From the NCBI GenBank assembly GCA_949300325.1, contig CASGDQ010000043.1:2221-66220 (forward strand): 64,000 bases of DNA, in the 5' to 3' direction. Below are positions 26,171-34,326 of the stretch, in pieces. This DNA is from an uncultured Spirochaetales bacterium (GTDB lineage: Bacteria; Spirochaetota; Spirochaetia; Sphaerochaetales; Sphaerochaetaceae). Position numbers and translations under genes: made by a program. The notes beneath the pieces are model-generated. The model did no database searches and was not told the origin of the DNA. It worked only from the letters and a program-made list of their open reading frames with translations. Position 1 is the stretch's first letter, and each line of letters opens with the position of its first letter.

Positions 26171-27268
26171 GTGGATTCCATGATAAACGATACACAACGT
26201 CCTGTCCGTTTGAAGGACATAGCTGAAAATCTCAATCTTTCGATAGGAACGGTGCAGAAAGCGCTTTGCAACCAAGGTGGTTGCAGCGAGCAAACGAAAC
26301 AGCGCATTTTGGATGAAGCAAAAAGGCTTGGCTATAAAGCCAACAAGGCCGCGTCATCCCTTAGGCGTGGAACGATAAACATCGCTGTCGTCCTTCCAAA
26401 AGACGAGGGGATGAACCGTTTCTTCTATAAGAAGGTTTGGGATGGAATAAAAAAAGCGGCACAGGATTTTGCAGTCTACAACATCAATATAATAGAATAT
26501 CCGTCAGATGATGAGATCGCCTGCTTGGTAGAACTTTTGAATGCAAAGGATTTCATGTTTGATGGCATAATCACGGAAGGGTTCGATACACCGGAATTCA
26601 ATAGCATTTCAAATAAGTTCTATTCCATGGGCATACCTCTTTTCTTTATTAATGGATATGTCTATGCAGCGGATAATCTTCGTCTGAAACCTGATTCTTC
26701 CTCGAAATCTGGAGCCATAGCTGCCGATATCTTTAATGCTGTGATTGGCAACAAGCATGGAACAATCCTGCTTGTTGGCGGGGACCGTACCAGCGGAAGG
26801 CAGTACGAAAGGAGTACGGAATTCAGGCAAACAATATCTTCCTATAACCCTGATATCTCCATAATAGAAGCGTATTATGGGGCCAGCCTTTCTCAATATG
26901 AGGATTCCTTAGTGACATATTTCAAGGATATAAGCAACCTTGTCGGAGCCTATGCCGTATCATCAAGAAGCACATTCATTATGTGCCGTGCCATAAAAAA
27001 GGTTGGACAGTCCGGAAAAATCATAGCAGTCGGTACGGACATGTTCGAAGAGCTAATCCCATACTTCGAAGATGGCACGCTCACAGCAACGATCTATCAA
27101 TATCCTGTACATAGAGGATATCTTGCAGTTCAGGCCATATGCCGCACGATAATGGGGCAGGTAGTCGGAGATGACAGCCTTCCTATGGCTGCAGTTTTCC
27201 GCCATAATGCGAGAGAATTCAGTAATTATGGGTCGAGTTTGAGTATAGCAAACGGAACTTTACAATAA
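26171..27268 (+). CDS. LacI/GalR-family transcriptional regulator
   Basis: N-terminal HTH (RLKDIAENLNLSIGTVQKAL) plus a periplasmic-binding-protein-like sugar-binding core. Start is either the GTG at 26171 or the ATG at 26180. Confidence 0.8.
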   Translation: MDSMINDTQRPVRLKDIAENLNLSIGTVQKALCNQGGCSEQTKQRILDEAKRLGYKANKAASSLRRGTINIAVVLPKDEGMNRFFYKKVWDGIKKAAQDFAVYNINIIEYPSDDEIACLVELLNAKDFMFDGIITEGFDTPEFNSISNKFYSMGIPLFFINGYVYAADNLRLKPDSSSKSGAIAADIFNAVIGNKHGTILLVGGDRTSGRQYERSTEFRQTISSYNPDISIIEAYYGASLSQYEDSLVTYFKDISNLVGAYAVSSRSTFIMCRAIKKVGQSGKIIAVGTDMFEELIPYFEDGTLTATIYQYPVHRGYLAVQAICRTIMGQVVGDDSLPMAAVFRHNAREFSNYGSSLSIANGTLQ

Positions 27269-27275
27269 CGTTATT
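27264..27275. promoter_or_regulatory. LacI-type operator O1, perfect 12-bp palindrome AATAACGTTATT
   Basis: Self-complementary with a central CG, as in LacI/GalR-family operators. Overlaps the lacI-family stop codon (27266-27268). Part of a 17-nt exact repeat (27262-27278 = 27391-27407). Confidence 0.7.
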
Positions 27276-27387
27276 TCTATTTTTTATTAAATTTATATAT
27301 CAAAAATAACGGTTTTAATAGTTTTTATGCTAAAATTTACTGCATATAGAAATTTTTGTAATTACTTACAGTGAGATTCTTTTTTTC

Positions 27388-27415
27388 TTGACAATAACGT
27401 TATTTCTGGTAACCT
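27388..27415 (+). promoter_or_regulatory. Putative promoter of tctB-tctC-tctA-sulfatase operon
   Basis: -35 TTGACA (27388-27393), 16-nt spacer, weak -10 TAACCT (27410-27415). Operator O2 fills the spacer. Confidence 0.5.
27393..27404. promoter_or_regulatory. LacI-type operator O2, perfect 12-bp palindrome AATAACGTTATT
   Basis: Identical to O1. Begins at the last base of the TTGACA -35 and occupies the spacer. A degenerate third copy, AATAACGGTTTT, is at 27305-27316. Confidence 0.7.
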
Positions 27416-27432
27416 AATTATCAGGAGGTCAT

Positions 27433-27906
27433 ATGAAATCAAAATCATCTGTCTTAAGTGCTGATTTCTGGTTTGGTATCGTATCTCTTGTTGTTCTGAT
27501 AGCTTTTTGGACGCAAACGGGAAAGCTAAGTGCTCAGGTGAAGATCATGCCGAGAGTTGTTCTTGCAATCGGAATTGTTTCTGACCTGCTTGTAATTGCA
27601 AAAGCGCTTAAGAATCCTGTAACCAAGGAAGAATGTGCATACAACAAGATGAGATATATCCTTACCGGATTCGTGGTTTTTGCAATTGTTGCCTTGCTTT
27701 TGGCTTTTTCTAGCGCCATAGGCATGTATTTGAGCTTGTTTCTTTCCCTTGTTGTCATATCAGGGACCATATGCGTGAAAGAAAACGGATGGAATTGGAA
27801 AAAAATTGGATTTTTTATCATGTACGACTTTATTGTTACGGCAATCCTGTTTTTGTTTTTCCGTGTTTTTCTTTCCATCAATACACCAACTGGAATCTTA
27901 ATTTGA
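27433..27906 (+). CDS. tctB: Tripartite tricarboxylate transporter small membrane subunit (TctB-like)
   Basis: 157 aa with four hydrophobic segments. Calling it tctB relies on its position next to tctC and tctA. SD AGGAGG upstream. Confidence 0.65.
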   Translation: MKSKSSVLSADFWFGIVSLVVLIAFWTQTGKLSAQVKIMPRVVLAIGIVSDLLVIAKALKNPVTKEECAYNKMRYILTGFVVFAIVALLLAFSSAIGMYLSLFLSLVVISGTICVKENGWNWKKIGFFIMYDFIVTAILFLFFRVFLSINTPTGILI

Positions 27907-27921
27907 AAAGGAGATAAAAAA

Positions 27922-28896
27922 ATGAAAAAATTATTTATTGTTGCTATTGTGCTTTTAAGCGTGTTTTCGCCTGTTTTCGCAGCTGGCAGCACCGAGTCAT
28001 CTGGAACATCCAGCAATTATCCTTCAAGGCCTATAACCTTCATCGTAAACAGGGCAGCCGGCGGCGCCACCGATGCTGTAGCTCGTGTGATAGCTACCGC
28101 CATGCAGAAAAATCTCGGATATACGACTGTTGTGCAGAATCTTGAAGGAGGGGACGGACTGATCGGAGCTAATACAGCAATAACCTCTAATCCTGATGGA
28201 TACACATTCATGATAGTAGGTTCCACCGAGATTCCGAACATGCTTGTCAATTTCCCTGAAGCTTCTTTCACCAAGGAAGATCTGGTTCCTATCTGCGAAG
28301 TCACAAGCAAATCTAAAATCCTTGCCGTAAAACCGAACAGCCAGATAAAGACGCTGGATGATTTCATTGCATATGCAAAAGCAAATCCTGGAAAGCTGAC
28401 CGTTTCTGTAAGTGGAAGCAACCATTTTTATGGTGTGATCCTTCTCGAGGAAGCTCTTGGAATAGATTTGACGATCGTCAATGCAGGAAGTGGGAGTTCT
28501 GCTTATACTATGCTTCTTGGAGGACATGTCGAATGCGGTCTCCTCGATTCGAATTATTATGAGAACTGTGAACTCGAAGGAATGACGATCCTTGCCGACA
28601 CCACGGATAACAGCGACGTCGTACCGGAAGGGTATCATACATTCACCGAGCTTGGTTACAACATGGTAGATACCAATTTCAATTACATTCTTGCTCCAAA
28701 GGGTACTCCTGCTGAAATCTGCCAGTTCATATCTGATGCTGTTGCAAAGCTCAATGATGAATATGACCTCAAGACTGCATTGGAAGCTACAGGTCAGAAT
28801 GCGGTTTATGTCGGATATGAAGAATTCCCGGCTGAATATTTTGAGTATATCGATAAGATGGTGGACCTCTACAATCAGACCAATAGCCTTGTATAA
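27922..28896 (+). CDS. tctC: Tripartite tricarboxylate transporter substrate-binding protein (TctC/Bug family)
   Basis: 324 aa with a signal peptide (VFSPVFA-AG) and Bug-family motifs (YPSRPITFIV...AGGATD, PNMLV). Confidence 0.8.
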   Translation: MKKLFIVAIVLLSVFSPVFAAGSTESSGTSSNYPSRPITFIVNRAAGGATDAVARVIATAMQKNLGYTTVVQNLEGGDGLIGANTAITSNPDGYTFMIVGSTEIPNMLVNFPEASFTKEDLVPICEVTSKSKILAVKPNSQIKTLDDFIAYAKANPGKLTVSVSGSNHFYGVILLEEALGIDLTIVNAGSGSSAYTMLLGGHVECGLLDSNYYENCELEGMTILADTTDNSDVVPEGYHTFTELGYNMVDTNFNYILAPKGTPAEICQFISDAVAKLNDEYDLKTALEATGQNAVYVGYEEFPAEYFEYIDKMVDLYNQTNSLV

Positions 28897-28908
28897 CAGG
28901 GGGTGTTT

Positions 28909-30453
28909 ATGGAGATTTTAAGCAGTTTTGCTGCTATTTTCACAACAGACGCCATTTTGATGCTTGCTTTGGGGACGGTATTCGGTATTTTCATCGGAGC
29001 CATCCCCGGGCTCGGCAATGCCATAGGTATTGCCGTGATGCTTCCTTTCACATATACCATGGCTCCTCTGAGTGCAATATGCCTTCTTTCCGGAATATAC
29101 ATGGGATGTGCCGTCGGAGGTTCGATTTCAGGAATACTGTTGAATATTCCTGGAACAGCAGAAAGCGTCTGCACCACCATAGAAGGATATCCGATGACTT
29201 TGAAGGGAAGGGGAATGGAAGCCCTGTATCTTTCCGGAATTTCCAGCACCTTCGGCGGGATTGTCGGTTGCATATTGATGATATTCTTTGCGCCTTTCCT
29301 CGCCCGGGTGGCATTGAAGTTCGGACCTGCCGAGATGGCTGTCGTTGCAATCATAGGATTGACGATCATCGCTAGCCTTTCTGCAGGAAACATCTGGAAG
29401 GGATTGCTCGGTGCAAGCTTCGGAATGGTTGTTGCAATGATAGGAATAGATCCGATCATCGGCAGGTCCAGGCTGACATTCGGTTTCACTTCGCTCACCA
29501 TCGGCTTCAAGCAGGTTGCCATTGCTCTTGGACTTATTGCTGGAAGACAGGTTATTGTTGAGACGATGAAGATATTCAAGGCCTGTGAAATGAAGAGGAG
29601 CGGATTGGATGAATCGGGCAATGTGAAGGAAATCGCATTGGAAAAGACGTCTCTGATACGTGTCCTCAAGGAAATAAAATCCAGAGGCGAGCTTTGGGTC
29701 ATGATCAAATCTGCGTTCTTAGGCACAGGTATAGGCATCCTTCCTGGCGCTGGTGTTGATATTGCCGCATATGTTGCATACGATTCGGCAAAACATGGTT
29801 CTAAAGAGAAATTCAAGACGGGGGTTCCCCGCGGCATAATCGCTGCAGAGACCGCAAACAATGCTGCAATCGGAGGCGCGTTTGTTCCGATGCTGGCTCT
29901 CGGCATTCCCGGCTCCAATGCTTCGGCACTGATTTTCGGTGCACTCACAATCCATGGAATCGTTGTCGGTCCGACAATGTTCACCGATCATGCCGAACTC
30001 AGTTATGGTTTCATGGTAGGCCTTTTGTTGAGCGCAATCATTATGGGAATCGCTTATTTCCTTTTTACTCCGGCTTTTGCAAAGATAGTCAAGGTTCATA
30101 TGAGATACCTGATCCCGCCGATTGTCGGATGTGTGCTTCTTGGAGCATACAGCATCAGAAACAGCATGTTTGATGTCTTTGTCATGATTGTTTTCACAGC
30201 TGTAGGATTCATCTTCTATTTAACGGAAGTTCCCATTGCTCCTGTTTTCCTTGGATTCATACTGCAGCCGATAGTGGAGAAAAACCTCAGCCAGGCGGCA
30301 ACGATATCCAATGCGCAGAACATAAGCCTGTTAAGGTACATTTTTTCAAGCCCGTTGTGCCTTGTGATCATCGCAGTCGGTGCCTTGCTGATGTTCCTTA
30401 ATGTCAGGGCATTGAGTGTCCAAAAGAAATCTTCAGGAGAGATCGGAGGCTGA
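28909..30453 (+). CDS. tctA: Tripartite tricarboxylate transporter large permease (TctA family)
   Basis: About 514-aa polytopic protein with typical TctA motifs (GAIPGLG, LPGAGVDIAAYVAY, GIPGS). I preferred the ATG at 28909 (5 nt after GGGGG) to the GTG at 28903. Confidence 0.85.
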   Translation: MEILSSFAAIFTTDAILMLALGTVFGIFIGAIPGLGNAIGIAVMLPFTYTMAPLSAICLLSGIYMGCAVGGSISGILLNIPGTAESVCTTIEGYPMTLKGRGMEALYLSGISSTFGGIVGCILMIFFAPFLARVALKFGPAEMAVVAIIGLTIIASLSAGNIWKGLLGASFGMVVAMIGIDPIIGRSRLTFGFTSLTIGFKQVAIALGLIAGRQVIVETMKIFKACEMKRSGLDESGNVKEIALEKTSLIRVLKEIKSRGELWVMIKSAFLGTGIGILPGAGVDIAAYVAYDSAKHGSKEKFKTGVPRGIIAAETANNAAIGGAFVPMLALGIPGSNASALIFGALTIHGIVVGPTMFTDHAELSYGFMVGLLLSAIIMGIAYFLFTPAFAKIVKVHMRYLIPPIVGCVLLGAYSIRNSMFDVFVMIVFTAVGFIFYLTEVPIAPVFLGFILQPIVEKNLSQAATISNAQNISLLRYIFSSPLCLVIIAVGALLMFLNVRALSVQKKSSGEIGG

Positions 30454-30454
30454 T

Positions 30455-31891
30455 ATGGAAAAAAAGAATATCATTTTCCTTATAAGCGATCAGATGCAGA
30501 AGCGTGCTGTGATAGATGATCCGCGTTGCATCATGCCAAACCTGCGTGAACTTGAAAAAGATTCGGTCCTCATGGAAAATGCGCATTCTGTGAACGCGAT
30601 CTGCTCTCCGTCCCGTGCTTCCTTGATTTCAGGTCTTCTGCCTCATAATCATGGAATGGTAGACTGTACCCATACAGTGCCGGAGTACCGTTCGAATTTC
30701 TCAACATCCATTTCCACTCTTCCGGAAGAATTGAAAGCAAACGGATACCGCCTTGCATATTACGGCAAATGGCATATAGAGAGATCTTATGATCTTTCAA
30801 AATATGGCTTTGAGGATTATGAGACCGAGAAGACGATTGCAAGCAGCAAGCTCACCTCGGTCAAAAAGGTCCAGATAAGCACCATGGGCTATAAGGACCA
30901 TACGCTTTGCGGCGTCTATAAGGAAGGACAGGAGGCATCGGAGGAACATTTTGTCTATTCCAAGGCAATGGATTTCATCGAAAAAGTCAAAGGGGGACAG
31001 GAGCCATTCTGCGTCTTCATCTCGACTTACGCTCCTCATGATCCGTATTTTGTGCCAGAGGAGATTTTTAATCTGTATAACAATGATGACTTTGCATTGC
31101 CATCGGATTGGAATGAAGAGAGAAGCGATGCCCCAAAAATCTATTCCAGGCTGCATGAGGTATGGAAAGATCTGACAGAGGAGCAGGTCAGGGATGCGAT
31201 CATGTGCTACTATGGCTGCTGCACTCTAGTCGACCGGCAGATAGGCAAGCTTATTGGATATCTTAAGGAAAATGATCTTTATGATGATACCATGATTGTG
31301 TTCTTATCAGATCATGGGGATATGTGCGGCTCGCATGGGCTATTTTGCAAGGGTGTTCCTGCTTATGAGGAGGCCTATGCCATACCTTTGGTTGTTAAGT
31401 TCCCGCAAAATGCTTATTCCGGGCGGAAAGAAAAGGCATATGTCGATACATGCGATATACTGCCGACCGTTTTTGAAGCTTGTAATGTCCGATGGAGCGG
31501 AAATGCCATCGATGGCTCGTCTTTCGTGCCTTATCTGAAAGGTGTGCGGGATTCAAAGGATTCTTATTCTGTAGCGGAATTCTTCGGACAGAGATTTTCT
31601 TATACCCAGAGGATAGTATGGCATGGCGGCATGAAGTATATTTTCAATGCATTTGACGATGATGAACTGTACGATCTGGAAAAGGATCCTTTTGAGAAAT
31701 GCAATCTTGCAGATGATCCGAATTATCAGGAAAAGAAAGAGGATCTGTGCCGGTTGCTTTGGAAGAGGGTCATTGAAACTGACGATTGGTCGTTCAGGGA
31801 TGCGCAGTATTGCATGCACAGGATTCTTCCCTGCGGGCCGGGACTAAAGAGTGTTGGAAGTGATTTCTCCCTCTATAATAAAACAATATGA
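30455..31891 (+). CDS. Cys-type sulfatase (arylsulfatase family), no signal peptide
   Basis: ATG at 30455 follows GGAGG and the tctA stop. Formylglycine target motif CSPSRASLISG and metal ligands (ISDQ..., SDHGD). The N-terminus MEKKNIIFLISDQ has no export signal. Confidence 0.85.
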   Translation: MEKKNIIFLISDQMQKRAVIDDPRCIMPNLRELEKDSVLMENAHSVNAICSPSRASLISGLLPHNHGMVDCTHTVPEYRSNFSTSISTLPEELKANGYRLAYYGKWHIERSYDLSKYGFEDYETEKTIASSKLTSVKKVQISTMGYKDHTLCGVYKEGQEASEEHFVYSKAMDFIEKVKGGQEPFCVFISTYAPHDPYFVPEEIFNLYNNDDFALPSDWNEERSDAPKIYSRLHEVWKDLTEEQVRDAIMCYYGCCTLVDRQIGKLIGYLKENDLYDDTMIVFLSDHGDMCGSHGLFCKGVPAYEEAYAIPLVVKFPQNAYSGRKEKAYVDTCDILPTVFEACNVRWSGNAIDGSSFVPYLKGVRDSKDSYSVAEFFGQRFSYTQRIVWHGGMKYIFNAFDDDELYDLEKDPFEKCNLADDPNYQEKKEDLCRLLWKRVIETDDWSFRDAQYCMHRILPCGPGLKSVGSDFSLYNKTI

Positions 31892-31899
31892 TTGTTTTT

Positions 31900-31925
31900 T
31901 GCTGCCGTCTGGCAGCATTTTTTTT
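31900..31925 (+). terminator. Rho-independent terminator after the sulfatase gene
   Basis: tgctgcc (31900-31906) pairs with ggcagca (31911-31917), followed by 8 T. Confidence 0.8.
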
Positions 31926-32068
31926 CTTAATAATCAAGCTTGGAAAATCGGCCTATAAAAAGGTTACAGTGTCTCTGTTGATAAAAAAATGCCGCTTCAG
32001 GCAACCTTGAAATTCGCTTTTTGTGAGTTTTGTAATCCTGAGGGCAGAATGAAAAGCTTGTATGCATA

Positions 32069-32085
32069 TTGCAACAAAATGCAAC
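32069..32085 (-). promoter_or_regulatory. 17-bp motif copy 2 (reverse complement GTTGCATTTTGTTGCAA) upstream of ygeW promoter
   Basis: Matches 4980-4996 at 16/17 positions when read on the minus strand. Ends 7 nt before the ygeW -35. Confidence 0.55.
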
Positions 32086-32092
32086 ATTTTTC

Positions 32093-32121
32093 TTGCCTTA
32101 TCCATACTTCCATGATATGCT
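32093..32121 (+). promoter_or_regulatory. Putative ygeW promoter with extended -10
   Basis: -35 TTGCCT (32093-32098), 17-nt spacer, TGaTATGCT (32113-32121), then SD AGGAGG and ATG at 32151. Confidence 0.55.
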
Positions 32122-32150
32122 TAGCAAAGTATAGGATAGGAGGACCTGTA

Positions 32151-33353
32151 ATGGCCAAAGATAAAGCAGAAATCAAAGCTCTGATTGAAGAACTTAAGAA
32201 GCTTAAGACGGATAACATGTATCTCAACGATTTCTATCATACCTGGAAGGAAACCGATGATGAGATCATGGCTGTGTTCAAGGTTGCTGAAATACTGCGC
32301 GGAATGAGGGAGAACAACATCAGCACGAAGGTTTTCGATTCCGGACTGGGAATCAGCATCTTCCGCGACAATTCCACCAGGACGCGTTTTTCATTCGCAT
32401 CCGCATGTAATCTCTTAGGTCTTGAGGTCCAGGATCTTGATGAGAAGCTTTCCCAGATTGCTCATGGCGAGACTGTCAGGGAAACTGCAAATATGATTTC
32501 CTTCATGGCCGATGTGATCGGAATCCGCGATGACATGTACATCGGAAAAGGGCATACATACATGAAGACCGTCAGCGAGGCGGTTCAGGAAGGTTTCAGG
32601 GACGGAGTTCTCGAGCAGAGGCCGACTCTGGTCAATCTCCAGTGCGATATCGACCATCCGACACAGTCGATGGCAGACCTTCTCCATGTGATCAATTATT
32701 TTGGCGGTGTGGAGAATCTCAAAGGCAAGAAGGTTGCAATGACCTGGGCATATAGCCCGTCATATGGAAAGCCTCTTTCCGTTCCTCAGGGCATCATCGG
32801 ACTTTTCACAAGATTCGGAATGGATGTTGTACTTGCTCATCCGGAAGGCTACAACGTGATGGAGGATGTGGAGAAGGTTGCAAGCGAGAATGCCAAGAAG
32901 TCGGGAGGCTCCTATAAGAGAGTCAATTCCATGGCCGAGGCTTTCAAGGATGCCGATATCGTATATCCGAAGTCCTGGGCTCCGTTTGCCGTGATGGAAG
33001 AAAGGACCAAGCTTGTGGAAGAAGGCAAGTTCGACGAGCTCAAGGAGCTTGAGAAGAGATGTCTGGCAAATAACGCAAAGTTCAAGGATTGGACATGCAC
33101 AGAAGAGCTTATGAAAACAACCAAGGACGGAAAAGCTCTTTATATGCACTGCCTGCCTGCTGATATAACCGGTGTTTCCTGCAAGGAAGGCGAGGTCGAG
33201 GCTTCCGTGTTCGACCGCTATCTCGTACCGCTTTATAAAGAAGCAAGCTTCAAGCCGTATATCATTGCAGCAATGATTTTCCTTGCAAAATTCAAGGATC
33301 CTTCCAAGAAGCTTACCGAGCTTCTTGAGGCAGAGGTGAAGAGGATCAAGTAA
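32151..33353 (+). CDS. ygeW: YgeW-type knotted carbamoyltransferase (ATCase/OTCase superfamily)
   Basis: ATG at 32151 follows AGGAGG; the ORF-track extension back to 31989 has no support. Carbamoyl-phosphate motifs STRTRFSF, HPTQ and HCLP. About 400 aa, with insertions typical of YgeW rather than ArgF or PyrB. Confidence 0.8.
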   Translation: MAKDKAEIKALIEELKKLKTDNMYLNDFYHTWKETDDEIMAVFKVAEILRGMRENNISTKVFDSGLGISIFRDNSTRTRFSFASACNLLGLEVQDLDEKLSQIAHGETVRETANMISFMADVIGIRDDMYIGKGHTYMKTVSEAVQEGFRDGVLEQRPTLVNLQCDIDHPTQSMADLLHVINYFGGVENLKGKKVAMTWAYSPSYGKPLSVPQGIIGLFTRFGMDVVLAHPEGYNVMEDVEKVASENAKKSGGSYKRVNSMAEAFKDADIVYPKSWAPFAVMEERTKLVEEGKFDELKELEKRCLANNAKFKDWTCTEELMKTTKDGKALYMHCLPADITGVSCKEGEVEASVFDRYLVPLYKEASFKPYIIAAMIFLAKFKDPSKKLTELLEAEVKRIK

Positions 33354-33374
33354 CCTCAGACCCATAATAATGTT

Positions 33375-33400
33375 TCCCAGGGCTTGACCCTGGGATTTTT
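33375..33400 (+). terminator. Rho-independent terminator after ygeW
   Basis: tcccaggg (33375-33382) pairs with ccctggga (33388-33395), followed by TTTTT. Confidence 0.8.
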
Positions 33401-33485
33401 ATTGTCCACCATTAGCTTTCTTTTCAACAGTGAATTAACCGAGGTTAGAATCCCTTTGCAAAGCCCATGCGCTATCGGCGCTACA

Positions 33486-34265
33486 TCATCCAAGTGCTAC
33501 ATCGAGTATCATCATCACCACGAAGCCGAGCATTGTGGAAACTGCTCCTGCATGCGGATGCTCTTCAAGCTTGCTGTCTGGGATGAGATCCTCTGCAACG
33601 ACAAAGATCATCGCACCCGCGCTGAAGGAAAGCAGATAAGGCTGAAGGAGCGCGATGTGGTTTGCAAGCATGAACCCGATCAGTGCGGCAACAGGCTCGA
33701 CAGCGCCGCTGAACGATCCGTACAAAAACGCTTTCGTCCTTGACATGCCGCTTCTCATCGGAAGGCTCACAGCAGCCCCCTCCGGGAAATTCTGTATTGC
33801 TATTCCGATCGCAAGCCCAAGTGCCGAATAAAAGGAGACTGTGGGATTCAGAGAGGCTGCCGCACCGAGTGCGAATCCGACGGCAAGCCCTTCAGGAACA
33901 TTGTGTATTGTTACAGCAAGAAACAGCCTTGTAGTTTTTTTCAATGTGCTGCGCGGCCCTTCCTCCTCGCCGTTTTTATGGATGTGCGGAACAGTGTGGT
34001 CGATGATGATGAGAAAGAGTCCTCCCAATAGAAATCCTACAGATGCCGGGATGAAGGATAATTTTCCAAGATGCTCCGACTGTTCTATGGCAGGGATTAT
34101 CAGCGACCAGACGGAGGCCGCAATCATTATGCCTGAAGCGAAACCCAGAAATAGCGTCTGGGTACGTTCCTTTATCTCGTTCTTAAAAAGGAATACGAGT
34201 GCTGAGCCGAGGGTGGTTGCAAAAAAAACGATCAGCATCGCAAGCGTTAATGACAGTTTGCTCAT
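33486..34265 (-). CDS. zupT: ZIP-family divalent metal (zinc) transporter
   Basis: 259 aa with 8 predicted helices and the HNVPEGLAVG / QNFPEGAAV motifs characteristic of ZupT/ZIP. Confidence 0.8.
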   Translation of the reverse strand: MSKLSLTLAMLIVFFATTLGSALVFLFKNEIKERTQTLFLGFASGIMIAASVWSLIIPAIEQSEHLGKLSFIPASVGFLLGGLFLIIIDHTVPHIHKNGEEEGPRSTLKKTTRLFLAVTIHNVPEGLAVGFALGAAASLNPTVSFYSALGLAIGIAIQNFPEGAAVSLPMRSGMSRTKAFLYGSFSGAVEPVAALIGFMLANHIALLQPYLLSFSAGAMIFVVAEDLIPDSKLEEHPHAGAVSTMLGFVVMMILDVALG

Positions 34266-34296
34266 GCATTAAGCTTATCTGTTTTGTCATAAATGG

Positions 34297-34322
34297 AAAA
34301 GAGCCGGAGCCCGGCTCTTTTT
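34297..34322 (-). terminator. Rho-independent terminator after the ABC substrate-binding protein gene
   Basis: gagccgg (34301-34307) pairs with ccggctc (34311-34317), flanked by A and T runs. Read on the minus strand, the stem is followed by TTTT. Confidence 0.7.
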
Positions 34323-34326
34323 CTGT

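Noticed and set aside
28875-29984. 369-aa minus-strand ORF inside tctA
   Set aside because: It lies antisense to a well-supported TctA permease. Its Pro/Ala/Ile-rich translation mirrors the hydrophobic codons of the sense gene. No start context.
31989-32150. 54-codon N-terminal extension of the ygeW ORF
   Set aside because: The extension covers the predicted promoter and the 17-bp motif and has a non-protein-like, Cys/Phe-rich composition. A strong AGGAGG precedes the internal ATG at 32151, where YgeW-type homology begins.
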